From Candidatus Binatia bacterium (GTDB taxonomy: Bacteria > Desulfobacterota > Binatia > HRBIN30): a stretch of 64,000 nt of DNA. The position numbers and the translations under genes were made by a program. Numbering within the stretch: the first letter of the stretch is position 1; each line of letters opens with the position of its first letter. Shown in pieces: positions 10,101-18,832 of this stretch. The notes beneath the pieces were generated by a model. The model saw nothing but the letters and a program-made list of their open reading frames with translations, was not told the DNA's origin and did no database searches. Location: positions 320,001 to 384,000 of the forward strand of contig JBBRSP010000002.1 of assembly GCA_038245295.1 (NCBI GenBank), written 5' to 3'.

Positions 10101-10984
10101 TGGCTTTGGCACTCGTTCTGGAGTTGCGTGAGTTGCTGGATGTTGCGCGGCTCATCTTCGAGACGAGCTGAAGTCACCCGGCCCTCGGCGGTGACCGCGG
10201 CGGTACCGTTGATCTCGATGAGCCCGAGCACGATGCGAAACGTCCGCAGCGGAACGACCTGGCGCTGCTCGCTCCACTCGGTCAGCTCGCCAAGCAGGCC
10301 GCTGCGGGCACGCTCGAGCCATTCTTGCTCGAGGTCGGGACGCTCGACGAAGGGGCGCAGCTCGTCCGGCACCCAACCGTCGGCGAGGCGACTGACCTCT
10401 CTCGCGAGCCGCCAGAACATCAGGTTGGCGTTGCGCTCGTTCTCGAGGATGCTGTGAAATGGTTCGCGCTGGCCGGAAAGGCCGCGGACCGGTGCGCCGG
10501 CAATCAACTTGCCGAAGATCTCGATGCGCGTCCAAATGTTCCCTGGGCGGCGCAATTGCTCGACCAGGGAAACCTCGCCCGCGGCAGCGGCGCGTGCCGA
10601 GGCGGAACTGCCGGCCGGCGGTTTTCGCGGCACCACGCGCAACAGCAGATCAGCCCGCCGCCCCATGTCGCTGTCCGCCAGAAATGCCTGCATTCGTTTC
10701 AGCACGACAAGCCCGGTCGCCGCGGCGTGTTTGCATTCGATGCCGATTGGGCACGAGCAGTCGCAGTACCACTCGTCGGAGGTCCATGACCACATGGTCT
10801 CGTAGCGCTCGTTACCGCGCACACGGGCGCGGATCATACCGGGCGCGAGCTCCATGAGCTGAACCCGGTCTTCCGCCGCATAAACACCGCCCTGTTGCAG
10901 CATGCTGGCGTCGAATGATTCGAGCTCGTCGAGGAGGGCTTCGATTTGCGGACGTGGAAGATCTGGTGACTGGGGCTCGGGCAC
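7172..10984 (-). CDS. SNF2-family helicase/ATPase with N-terminal SWIM zinc finger
   Basis: CDCSCPIGIECKH; LADDMGLGKT, LDEAQNIKN, LTGTPLEN, GGTGLNL, QAIDRTHRIGQ. Confidence 0.93.
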   Translation of the reverse strand: MPEPQSPDLPRPQIEALLDELESFDASMLQQGGVYAAEDRVQLMELAPGMIRARVRGNERYETMWSWTSDEWYCDCSCPIGIECKHAAATGLVVLKRMQAFLADSDMGRRADLLLRVVPRKPPAGSSASARAAAAGEVSLVEQLRRPGNIWTRIEIFGKLIAGAPVRGLSGQREPFHSILENERNANLMFWRLAREVSRLADGWVPDELRPFVERPDLEQEWLERARSGLLGELTEWSEQRQVVPLRTFRIVLGLIEINGTAAVTAEGRVTSARLEDEPRNIQQLTQLQNECQSQPGILLPEQATLLRWLLERVTRNDSEYTTASRTSSFVLSGTQLRAVILFAASSALVTWGPELTPDLAQRAGLKPNAPLCYESRPQRILPSCTEVDGEVSLEFGVVSPEGELRSLDKALYLPGDTRWGAAQSHPSFVIVDGAISAVSDEPPLALLRRFDAARGLPLHPVERNTVLYGLAATFPHLRPIVAAHTHFHPAQAVVALDLREDDWLQVRLFSRPPRSTWLPGNTAGPGEIIFEWETDGRWRRCDSQASSDAQPVSPEGDFASVESTPSADVPAALPTATVEAEASNAAAPPNEPWMEQPDAAAVEPMQAWVEAFGAVTFGTPPANRGLTWPDRAVGRWLRLTAKTIERMSAVWQERPAEAAYFGTPRLRRLLGAGFQISPKLHIESSGVDWFAVSTEWQADGLDLNDDDLAQLRSSSARFVRLSSGWVQRETAKLHDEAAAVLADLGIEAGAGPQRLSLWQLASANPNSLGSLEHYGADAATLEAVRQLRQRVVDFKGLPVVAPPNGLRADLRPYQRRGLDFLAYTSSLGAGAILADDMGLGKTVQALAWLMHLRESGSEGPSLVVCPASVVHNWAREAERFAPDLRIIILASGEARKAAFDQLSEYDVIVTNYALLRRDIEIWRKTPLLAAILDEAQNIKNPDAAVSRAAQALQANHRLALTGTPLENRALDLWSILQFANPGYLGTRTQFQSRFDRIDAPPYARSLLTAKLRPVLLRRTKREVAPELPPRIEERIDCEMTKEQRLLYLAEARRSRTLVNQLADEPGGIAQNKIHILAALTRLRQICCHPALAGGKASLSSGKFETLFEMLEPLLAEGHKVLLFSQFVECLKLIEQEFVTREIPYHMLTGATKNREEVVDAFQNDERAGVFLISLRAGGTGLNLTAATYVILFDPWWNPAVEAQAIDRTHRIGQDRSVIAYRMLSVGTIEEKIWELQQRKATLSRDVLGGEDSFARSLTREDLNFLLEEV

Positions 10985-11236
10985 TAGGCCGCCTCCCTTA
11001 GCGAAGCCGGGCCGCCGGTGCAGGGGCAGAGAGCGAGATTTCGCCGAATCCTGGAATGGCGGTCGTCGAGGGCCCCTGTCGCCTGATGCTTCCTCCGTCC
11101 ATTGACGCCCGGCTTTGGCAGCTTGAGGCCCTCTCTAGGCCGGAGACGCAAAATCTTGGTTCTTTCGCAGGGAAAGGCTTTGAAACCCCTCACTCCACCC
11201 TATAAGGGATGAAGGGTCTGAGAAGGAGAACGCTTC

Positions 11237-13228
11237 ATGCGCAGCAAGTCCAGCAGGACAATCTTGCTGGCGTTGTTGGTACTGCCGTTGGTCGGCATTA
11301 CCAAAGTCAACGCCGCGGATTGCAGTAACGGGAATTTTGACAGTACCTTTGCGTTGATTCAAAAAGCGATTTTCGAAAATCGCGGCTGTACGAACGATCT
11401 CTGTCACGGCTCGGCCGCCACCGGCGGTCTCGATCTGCGCCCTGACGTTGCGTACGATAATCTGATCGACGTCAAGTCGCCGCTTTTGCCGGAATGGACG
11501 CGCGTTCGTCCTGGACGTCGCGATCAGAGCCTGCTGTTCATCAACGTCGCGGCGAAGACGGACCCGACTCACTACACGGCGCCCCTACGCGCCATGCCGC
11601 TCGATCCCCAACCGGCGCTGAGCGCCAACGAAGTCGAAGCGCTGCGCCGTTGGATCGAAGCCGGCGCACCCAAGGACGGCGTCATCAAGGGCACGGCCGA
11701 CCTGCTCGACGCCTGCCTGCCGCCGCCAGAACCGATCGCCATCAAGCCGCTCGAGCCGCCGGCACCCGGGACGGGCGTCCAGATTCGCATGCCGAAGACA
11801 ATCCTGCCGCCGCGTACCGAGCACGAAGTGTGCTTCGTGAGCTACTACGACCTGACCGATCAGGTCCCGGCCGAGTTCCGCGGTCCGGATGGCACGACGT
11901 TTCGTTACAAGCGCAACGAGATTCGTCAGGACCCGTTGAGCCACCATCTCATTGTCAGCCTGTATCAGGGCCAATACCCGCCGACCGCCGAAACGTGGGG
12001 CGAGTTCACCTGCGACGGTGGCGCCAAGGCCGGGCAAACCTGTCCTCCGACAGATACAACATTTTGCGGCGAGGGTCTGTGTTCGACCACACCGCAGATC
12101 AGCATTGCGTGTATTGGCTTTGGACCCTCCGATGCGGCCGTGGGACTGCGTTCCGCGGGCTTTACCGGCACGCAAGAGACGGCCGCCGAGTTCAACTTCC
12201 CGGAAGGCGTGTACCGCGAAGTCCCCCTGAAGGGCATGATCATCTGGAACTCGCACGCCTTCAACGTGTCCGACCAGGAAGGCAAGGTCGAAGCATGGTT
12301 GAACTTCCAGTTTGCTCCGCCCGAAGATCAACAGATACCAGCGCAGCAGATCTTTAACGCCAACGACCTCTTCAAGATGTCGGTGCCGGTGTTCAAGACA
12401 CAGGAGATCTGCAGTCCGAATCCGTTGCCCAAGAATACACAAGTCTACGAGCTCAGCTCGCACGCGCACCAGCGCATGAAGCGCTGGCGTACATTCATGG
12501 GTGCGTGGACGTGTGATGGTGGCCCAGCCGATGGCGCTAGCTGCTCGCCGGTTGGCTACGATTTCGTCAGCCCCGATGTCTGTCAGGGCAGCCCCTGCAA
12601 ATCGATGAAGAAGCCGAACGTCTCCGACTGTAACGGTGACGGCGAAGTGACGATCGACGAGCTGCTGCGTAGCGTCAACATTGCTCTCGAGTCGGCGTCG
12701 ATCGAGACCTGCACGGCAGCCGACAACAACTACGACGACGCCGTGACCATCGATGAGGTGACGAGCTCGGTGAACGCCGCCCTTGCCGGTGTCCCAGGCC
12801 GCGCCCCGCGCGATCCAATGCAGAGCCTGCTCTACACGAGCTTGATCTACAACGATCCGATCGTCTTGCGATTTGATCAGCCGCTGTCGTTCCGTTCGGC
12901 GCAACAGGCCGATCGCACGCTCACCTACTGTGCGCTCTATGACAACGGTTACATCGATCCTACGACGGTCAAGAAGCAGTCGACGTCGCCCAGGCCTCCG
13001 CTGGCGATTCCGGGCGTCGGTGGTCCATGTCAGAGGACAACCGGCTGCACCGCGGGTAAGGTCGGCATGACCTGCAGCAACAGCACTGTGGCGAAACAGC
13101 GTGATGCCTCGTGCGACACGACGCCCGGAGCCGGCGATGGCTTGTGTGATGGCTGCTTGCTGACCGGTGGCGTGACGACCGAAGACGAAATGTTCCTGCT
13201 GATGGGACAGTTCTTCGTCGCCCCGTAA
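11237..13228 (+). CDS. Secreted protein: cytochrome c-like domain + PHM/DbH-like copper monooxygenase domains + dockerin-like insert
   Basis: AGGAG RBS, signal peptide, CxxxxCH (C51/C56/H57) with later MP and RRWIEAGA; H236-H237, H340, H409-x-H411, DEM652. Confidence 0.7.
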   Translation: MRSKSSRTILLALLVLPLVGITKVNAADCSNGNFDSTFALIQKAIFENRGCTNDLCHGSAATGGLDLRPDVAYDNLIDVKSPLLPEWTRVRPGRRDQSLLFINVAAKTDPTHYTAPLRAMPLDPQPALSANEVEALRRWIEAGAPKDGVIKGTADLLDACLPPPEPIAIKPLEPPAPGTGVQIRMPKTILPPRTEHEVCFVSYYDLTDQVPAEFRGPDGTTFRYKRNEIRQDPLSHHLIVSLYQGQYPPTAETWGEFTCDGGAKAGQTCPPTDTTFCGEGLCSTTPQISIACIGFGPSDAAVGLRSAGFTGTQETAAEFNFPEGVYREVPLKGMIIWNSHAFNVSDQEGKVEAWLNFQFAPPEDQQIPAQQIFNANDLFKMSVPVFKTQEICSPNPLPKNTQVYELSSHAHQRMKRWRTFMGAWTCDGGPADGASCSPVGYDFVSPDVCQGSPCKSMKKPNVSDCNGDGEVTIDELLRSVNIALESASIETCTAADNNYDDAVTIDEVTSSVNAALAGVPGRAPRDPMQSLLYTSLIYNDPIVLRFDQPLSFRSAQQADRTLTYCALYDNGYIDPTTVKKQSTSPRPPLAIPGVGGPCQRTTGCTAGKVGMTCSNSTVAKQRDASCDTTPGAGDGLCDGCLLTGGVTTEDEMFLLMGQFFVAP

Positions 13229-13257
13229 GCGCCGACGATTCTAGCGAATGTGTGTGG

Positions 13258-13285
13258 AGAGGCGGTCTGGCAACAGACCGCCTCT
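13258..13285. terminator. Hairpin between convergent genes, likely terminator
   Basis: AGAGGCGGTCTG-GCAA-CAGACCGCCTCT, 12-bp perfect stem. Confidence 0.6.
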
Positions 13286-13303
13286 CTCCGTTTGGGGCCG
13301 CGC

Positions 13304-14470
13304 TCAGGATGATGGCAGGTTGTGGTGCAAGACACGTACCGCGTTGCCACCCATGATCTTGGCGATCTCGTCGGCACCGTAGCCGGCGTTCATCAGCTCG
13401 GCGGTGATTTGCGGCAGGCCGGTGGTGTCGAAGGGCGTCTCCGTGGAGCCGTCGAAGTCGGAGCCGAGGCCGACGTGATCGATGCCGGCGACGTCGACGG
13501 CATGGCGAATGGCGCGGACGATTCCCTTGGCGCTGACGTCGCAGACCGCGGCATCCCAGTAGCCGATACCGATCACTCCGCCGCTGCGGGCGACGGCGCG
13601 CAAGTGGTCGTCGGACAAGTTGCGAATGTGATCGCAGGTTGCCTTGACCCCCGTGTGCGACACGATGAGCGGGCGCGTCGCCATCGCCAGCACGTCGTCG
13701 ATGAGCTGCGGTGAGGAGTGCGCCAGATCGATCGTGATGCCGCGTTCTTCGAGTCGTTGCACGACCTGCCGCCCGAAGGCGGTGAGGCCGCCTTTTCCGA
13801 CACCGTGCGCCGAGCCGCCGAGCTCGTTGTCGAAGAAATGTGTCGGGCCCATGATGCGAAAGCCAGCATCAAAGAGGGCATCGACGTTGCTCAGCTGTCC
13901 TTCCAGGCAATGCAGCCCCTCGATGCCGAGCAGCCCACCGACGACGTTTCTGTCACTCTGCCGTCGCGCCAGGAGCTCATCGAGATCGGCCTGCGAGCGG
14001 ACGATGCGGAAGCTGTCGCCGGAGCGTTGCGCCACGTCGTTCAGCTTGGCGGCTTGATAGAGAGCCCGCTCCTTCAAGCTACCCCAGGTGCGTGGCGGCC
14101 ACATCTGCACCAGCGCCAAGGTGGTGATGATGTCGGAGTTGGAATCGTTGCCGTCGTAGTTTTGATTGGTCGGGACCTTGGTGACGGCATCGAAAACCTG
14201 AAGCGCCACACCGCCGTCACGCAGCCGTGGCACGTCGATGTGCCCGCGCGCCGCGCGCTGCAACAGATCGCGATTCCACAGCAGCGGATCGGCGTGCAAG
14301 TCGACGACCGTCAAGCTGCGGTGCAATCGTAAGGCCGCGTCGCTGACCGCGACCGGCGGCACCGGCAGAACGCGATTGAGCCGGCTCTCGATCTGGCCCG
14401 GCGCCAGCGCCAGAAGCGATACGATGATGGCGACAATCAGAAAGGCGGCATACAGCAGGGTCTTGCGCAT
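13304..14470 (-). CDS. Membrane dipeptidase (peptidase M19, renal dipeptidase family)
   Basis: VDLHAD, LGIEG, IDLAHSS, VSHTG, GLGSDFDG, IMGGNA; N-terminal TM/signal. Confidence 0.92.
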   Translation of the reverse strand: MRKTLLYAAFLIVAIIVSLLALAPGQIESRLNRVLPVPPVAVSDAALRLHRSLTVVDLHADPLLWNRDLLQRAARGHIDVPRLRDGGVALQVFDAVTKVPTNQNYDGNDSNSDIITTLALVQMWPPRTWGSLKERALYQAAKLNDVAQRSGDSFRIVRSQADLDELLARRQSDRNVVGGLLGIEGLHCLEGQLSNVDALFDAGFRIMGPTHFFDNELGGSAHGVGKGGLTAFGRQVVQRLEERGITIDLAHSSPQLIDDVLAMATRPLIVSHTGVKATCDHIRNLSDDHLRAVARSGGVIGIGYWDAAVCDVSAKGIVRAIRHAVDVAGIDHVGLGSDFDGSTETPFDTTGLPQITAELMNAGYGADEIAKIMGGNAVRVLHHNLPSS

Positions 14471-14660
14471 GCTGCCGTGTGACGCAGCCCGGCGGTGGTG
14501 TCAAATCCGCGCCTCTACCGGCGCACGAGAGCAATGGACAACCGACCCACCCCTTCGCGTGGCTTCGGCCGGCGGGCAGGCCTTGAACCGACCGCCGACC
14601 ACGGGCAATGGAATGGGCAAGGTGTAATCCATGGGTAGTGGGCTCATTTCCTCGAAAATA

Positions 14661-14878
14661 GTGGCATCCCAAACTCCCCTCTCCCACCGTCAACGAGATC
14701 CCAGACCGTGGGAGAGGGTTAGGGTGAGGGTCACCGGCGGGTGCCAGCGAGCCGCGAGCCCTCACCCCGACCCTCTCCCACCGATCGACAAATCCATTCG
14801 AATTGGGAGAGGGAGAGCTTGGTTTCCAACAACGCGGAGACACTGGGCTCATGGGCACTCGGTTCAGATGACCCCACC
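14661..14878. repeat. ~220-bp dispersed structured repeat, copy 1
   Basis: Four CCCTCTCCCA/TGGGAGAGGG arms plus tail; aligns by eye to the reverse complement of 54022-54243. Confidence 0.85.
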
Positions 14879-14988
14879 ACCAATCCATGCCTTGCTGTTG
14901 CGTCGATTGATCGGTCGTGGCTAGTCGGAGAGTCGAGGGTCGGCGCAGGCGAAAGGCGGCGGTGCGAGCGGAGGCGAAGGGAGAAACC

Positions 14989-15402
14989 ATGAGTGGAATC
15001 CACCATGTATTCATCTCGGTGAACAACATCACCCGTTCGAAAGCGTTCTACGCCAGCCTAATGCCGCGCTTGGGGTACGGTGCCTGCTGGGAGTATCCCG
15101 ACGGCGATCGCCCGAGTGTCGGGTGGCTTGGCTCCGGTGGCAGCTTCTGGATCAAGCAGGCGGATCCGCAGTACGCGAGCGAAACATTTTCCAAAGACCG
15201 GGTCGGCCTGTGCGAAATCGCCTTCCATGCCGACAGCCGCGACATGGTCGACGCCTTGGCGCGCGACCTGCCGAGCTGGGGTGGCGACATCCTCGACGCG
15301 CCGCGCGAGTATCCCGAGTATGTGCCCGGTTATTACGCCGTGTTCTTCGCCGACCCGGACGGGATCAAGCTCGAGGCGGTTCACTTTCCGGGAATGTCAT
15401 GA
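14989..15402 (+). CDS. VOC/glyoxalase-family protein
   Basis: IHHVFISV...SKAFY, IAFHADSR..VD, YYAVFFADPDGIKLE; GGGAG RBS. Confidence 0.9.
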   Translation: MSGIHHVFISVNNITRSKAFYASLMPRLGYGACWEYPDGDRPSVGWLGSGGSFWIKQADPQYASETFSKDRVGLCEIAFHADSRDMVDALARDLPSWGGDILDAPREYPEYVPGYYAVFFADPDGIKLEAVHFPGMS

Positions 15403-15453
15403 GTACTGTTGTAATCGACGCGGCGTTTCGAGCTACGAGCGGCGGCGGATTTT

Positions 15454-15605
15454 TCCGCAGATGGACGGCGATGAACGCGGATGGAACCCGGAGCGTAGAT
15501 TTGCAGGTACCCGGTTTCGGCTCGCGTATGCATGGTGCGGCTTGGCTTCGCACAAAGGATCCAGGGTTCTCGTCCCATCCGCGTTCATCTGCGTCCACCT
15601 GCGGA
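15454..15605. repeat. REP-like inverted pair (CGCAGATGxACG family)
   Basis: 15454-15484 TCCGCAGATGGACGGCGATGAACGCGGATGG versus reverse complement of 15575-15605 (28/31 match); partial copy near 16101-16123. Confidence 0.75.
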
Positions 15606-15708
15606 TTGAATCCCGACGTTTCGCTTGCTCGCGTCGTCTGCGCATGAGCGTCGCCGTCGACACCTCTCCGTGCCCGAGTTGCCGAGCGCCGCTCGAGGCG
15701 CAGCGCTG

Positions 15709-16044
15709 ATGCCGGACCAACCAACCTCGACCACGACAAGGCCGAAGGCGCTTTGGACCACCGGCGTTGGCACCGTCATCGGTGTCGTGGTCGCCGGTGT
15801 CATGGTGTCCGGCAGCGGGACTGATCTTACCTTGCACTTCCTGATCGGCGCGATGTTTGGCTGGCTTGTGGCAATCCCAGCCTATCGACGCGCAGCCAGG
15901 GGCGCGCAGGACAGACTCGCCACGGTCGCCCTGGTCAGTTGCATTGTCGCCGGTGGTCTCATGGGCCTGCTTCTCGCCGCACCCCTTTCGTTGATTTTCT
16001 ATTTGGTGATCCGCCGCAAACAAAGAGTGAAGAGTGAAGAGTGA
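15709..16044 (+). CDS. Small hypothetical membrane protein
   Basis: Three to four hydrophobic segments and a basic C-terminus. Confidence 0.55.
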   Translation: MPDQPTSTTTRPKALWTTGVGTVIGVVVAGVMVSGSGTDLTLHFLIGAMFGWLVAIPAYRRAARGAQDRLATVALVSCIVAGGLMGLLLAAPLSLIFYLVIRRKQRVKSEE

Positions 16045-16209
16045 AATATTATGGTGGGGGCGACGCCATTGTCGAGATCGGACGGCGTTGGCTCTTTCGC
16101 TTCATCCCCGTTCATCTGCGGATAACCCACCCTGTGTTTCCGGCCCCTTGACGTATCCGCGGTCTGCGAGTCGCAACACGGGTCGAAACAGTGTTCGTGC
16201 CCGTGCGGC

Positions 16210-16317
16210 TCAGTTCACGGCGAGTAGGTCGATGATCGCGCGATGCAGCGAGGTCACCACTAGCGCCATGCGTTGGTAGTCGAGCGTGTCGAAATCCGCG
16301 TGGTTGCCGTCCGGCAT
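16210..16317 (-). pseudogene. Possible C-terminal remnant of an M28-type peptidase
   Basis: 35-aa reading MPDGNHADFDTLDYQRMALVVTSLHRAIIDLLAVN resembles the 'DTLDY.RMA.VV' ends of M28 peptidases. Confidence 0.3.
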
Positions 16318-16453
16318 TTCGCGGCATCGATGAAGCAACCTGGTGCGTCACCGATGCGTGATCCGGGGAACAAATTCAAGTCTGAGGAATACGCCCACCA
16401 CGCCCTACCCCCTCCCGAGCGCCGATGACGAGAGCGCTTTGAGTCTCCCGCCG

Positions 16454-17140
16454 ATGTTGTTAGAAAGAAGCGCCTTGACCTTCCCCGACGATCTATTGGC
16501 CAACAACCGCCGTTGGGCCGAACGCATGAAAACCGGCGATCCGGGTTTCTTCGAACGCTTGGCCCACCTCCAATCTCCGAAGCATCTGTGGATTGGCTGC
16601 GCCGATAGTCGCGTGCCGGCCAGTGAAATCGTCGGCCTGGCGCCGGGTGAGCTGTTCGTGCACCGCAACGTTGGCAACATCGTCGTCCATACCGACCTGA
16701 ACTGCTTGTCGGTGCTGCAGTATGCGATCGATGTGCTGCACATCGAACACATCATGGTCACCGGCCACTATGGCTGTGGCGGCGTGGTCGCCGCCATGGG
16801 TAATCAGGAGCTCGGCCTGATCGACAACTGGTTGCGCGTCATCAAGGACGTCTACCACCAGAACCGCCACATCGTCGACGCGATCGCCGACGAGAGCGAT
16901 CGTATGAACCGCATGTGTGAGCTCAACGTGGCGCAACAGGTCGCCAACGTCTGCCACACCACCATCGTGCAAAACGCCTGGCACCGCGGCGCGCAATTGT
17001 CGGTGCACGGGTTGATCTACGATATTCAAGACGGCCTGCTGCAGGATCTCGGCTTTCGCGTCACCGGCATCGACCAGATCCCGCATATCTACCGAATCGA
17101 GAACCCGACGGATCTGCCGCACCGCCCGGCGCGGCGTTGA
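16454..17140 (+). CDS. can: Beta-class carbonic anhydrase (start uncertain, 16454 or 16475)
   Basis: WIGCADSRV, FVHRNVGN, GHYGCGG. Confidence 0.95.
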   Translation: MLLERSALTFPDDLLANNRRWAERMKTGDPGFFERLAHLQSPKHLWIGCADSRVPASEIVGLAPGELFVHRNVGNIVVHTDLNCLSVLQYAIDVLHIEHIMVTGHYGCGGVVAAMGNQELGLIDNWLRVIKDVYHQNRHIVDAIADESDRMNRMCELNVAQQVANVCHTTIVQNAWHRGAQLSVHGLIYDIQDGLLQDLGFRVTGIDQIPHIYRIENPTDLPHRPARR

Positions 17141-17167
17141 TCGGATCGACGCTTTCTTTGCGCCGGC

Positions 17168-17191
17168 CGCAGGCTAAAGCCTGCGCCTACC
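17168..17191 (-). repeat. GTAG-type REP (GGTAGGCGCAGGCTTtAGCCTGCG family)
   Basis: CGCAGGCTAAAGCCTGCGCCTACC; same family at 34235, 49953, 60979, 61032, 61684 and 61720. Confidence 0.85.
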
Positions 17192-17242
17192 AGCGCCGCT
17201 CCCGGTGGACTCGATCGGGTAGCCTGCGACGCGCGACTCAGA

Positions 17243-18769
17243 TCATCGAACCACGCCGCCGCCGAGCGCGTTGCTCACCGCACCGATGATCTCATAGATG
17301 CTGATCGCCCCATCGCAATTGGTGTCGGCGATGGCACAAGCCGTGACAGGCTTGATGCCGAGGCTGATGTTCACCAGTGTCAGGAGCTCGTCGACAGTAA
17401 CCTGGCCATTGTCGTCGCAGTCACCAACGTTGTCGCTGGAGCTGGTCGGCGACGCCGAGACGATACGCAGGATACGATCGTCCTCCTCCGCCGGCCGACC
17501 GCGCCCATCACGATTGCTGGTGCTGACGTAAAGGGCGCCGTCCGGTCCTTCGATCACGTCGCGTAGGCGGCCGTAGACTCCATTGAATAAGCGCTCGATG
17601 GCCGTCACCTCGCCGTGTCCGTTGAAGACGACGCGTTGAAGGTGCTGCGCTCCGAGACTGGTGAAGAAGAGGTTTCCGGTCCACGACGCGATCTGCTCCG
17701 ACGAGTAGAAGGTCGCACCGCTCGGTGGAACAGCGCTCGACGGATATGTTAGCAGCGGATCGCGATACAACGGATTGCCGGGCGCGCCGACAACGATAGG
17801 CCACCCGTAGTTGCCTCCGGCGATTATGATGTTCACCTCGTCATAAGCGCCCAGGCCCACCTCACCGGAAGGTCCATGCTCGGTGGCGAACAACGCACCG
17901 CTGCGTGGTTCGAAGGCCAGCCCCTGCGGGTTGCGATTCCCATAGGTGTAGATCAGAGAGTTTGGCCCGAACGGATTGTCGCTCGGCACGCTGCCGTCAG
18001 GGTTCAAGCGCAGGATCTTTCCGGAGAGGGACGTGAGATCCTGGGCGCGGGCGCGTTGAAATCCCTCGCCGGTCGTTGCGTACAGTTTGCCATCGGGGCC
18101 GAATTTGAGTCGGCAACCATCATGGTTGTCGCCGCCCGCAATGTGATCGACGAGAATCTGCTCTTCTCCGCCGTGGCCGTCGATCTCGCGCCAGCGACTG
18201 ATTCGATTCACCGCCTCGTCATTCTCAGAAACCGTGTAACAGACATACGCCCAGCGATCGCTGTCGAAGTTCGGCGACAACGCCAACCCCATCAGCCCGC
18301 CCTCGCCAATCGCCCGCACCGCGATGGTTGCCCACGGTTGCGGGTCAAGCGTTCCATTGCGCACGACGCGGATACGCCCGCGCCGCTCGGTGACGAACAA
18401 TCGCTGGTCGGGCGCAAAGGCCAGCGACCAGGGGACCTCGAGCCCTTTCACCAGCGTGTCGACTCGCACTTCGCTTGGTGTTGCCACGCTGAATTGTGCC
18501 GGCATGTGTGGTGCGCCGCCGACGATGAGGCCGTTGGGCAGAGTTCGGATGACTCCCACAGGCTCCGATGCGTCGACAACTTTCTGGCCGCGCGGGGCAC
18601 AAGGATTTACTTGTGCCGTTGCCGGCAGGCTTGTCGAGGAGAGGAGAAGCCACAGGCAAGCCGACGCGAGTCGGAACCGTCGGGATAGGTCGCGAACCGC
18701 CCCTACAATTCGCGGCGACAAGACGTTGAAGGTTCGCAACGCGAACGATGTGCCAACCACGCGCAACAC
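17243..18769 (-). CDS. PQQ-dependent glucose/sorbosone dehydrogenase family protein with C-terminal dockerin-like domain (start uncertain)
   Basis: LEVPWSLAF, GEGGLMG, HDGCRLKFGPDG, GKILR, YGNRNPQG, EHG, NYGWP, GRLRDV; C-terminal GDCDDNGQVTVDEL. Confidence 0.9.
   Translation of the reverse strand: MLRVVGTSFALRTFNVLSPRIVGAVRDLSRRFRLASACLWLLLSSTSLPATAQVNPCAPRGQKVVDASEPVGVIRTLPNGLIVGGAPHMPAQFSVATPSEVRVDTLVKGLEVPWSLAFAPDQRLFVTERRGRIRVVRNGTLDPQPWATIAVRAIGEGGLMGLALSPNFDSDRWAYVCYTVSENDEAVNRISRWREIDGHGGEEQILVDHIAGGDNHDGCRLKFGPDGKLYATTGEGFQRARAQDLTSLSGKILRLNPDGSVPSDNPFGPNSLIYTYGNRNPQGLAFEPRSGALFATEHGPSGEVGLGAYDEVNIIIAGGNYGWPIVVGAPGNPLYRDPLLTYPSSAVPPSGATFYSSEQIASWTGNLFFTSLGAQHLQRVVFNGHGEVTAIERLFNGVYGRLRDVIEGPDGALYVSTSNRDGRGRPAEEDDRILRIVSASPTSSSDNVGDCDDNGQVTVDELLTLVNISLGIKPVTACAIADTNCDGAISIYEIIGAVSNALGGGVVR
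18688..18706 (-). repeat. Degenerate GTAGGGGCGGTTC-type REP
   Basis: GGTCGCGAACCGCCCCTAC, matching 33043-33066. Confidence 0.55.
18740..18755 (-). promoter_or_regulatory. Possible sigma54 promoter for the dehydrogenase gene
   Basis: TGGCAC-ATCGT-TCGCG (GG-N10-GC). Confidence 0.35.
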
Positions 18770-18832
18770 ACTTCTCTTTACAGCCGGCCACCGGCTGACG
18801 CCACAGCCTGAATCGCGGGGGACCAGTCGGGA

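Noticed and set aside
7172..10984. SNF2 helicase as part of an anti-phage system
   Set aside because: Stand-alone SWIM-SNF2 type with no methylase, nuclease or other defence neighbours
15644..15709. 21-aa ORF with CPSC overlapping the next start
   Set aside because: Too short, no RBS; at most a zinc-ribbon remnant
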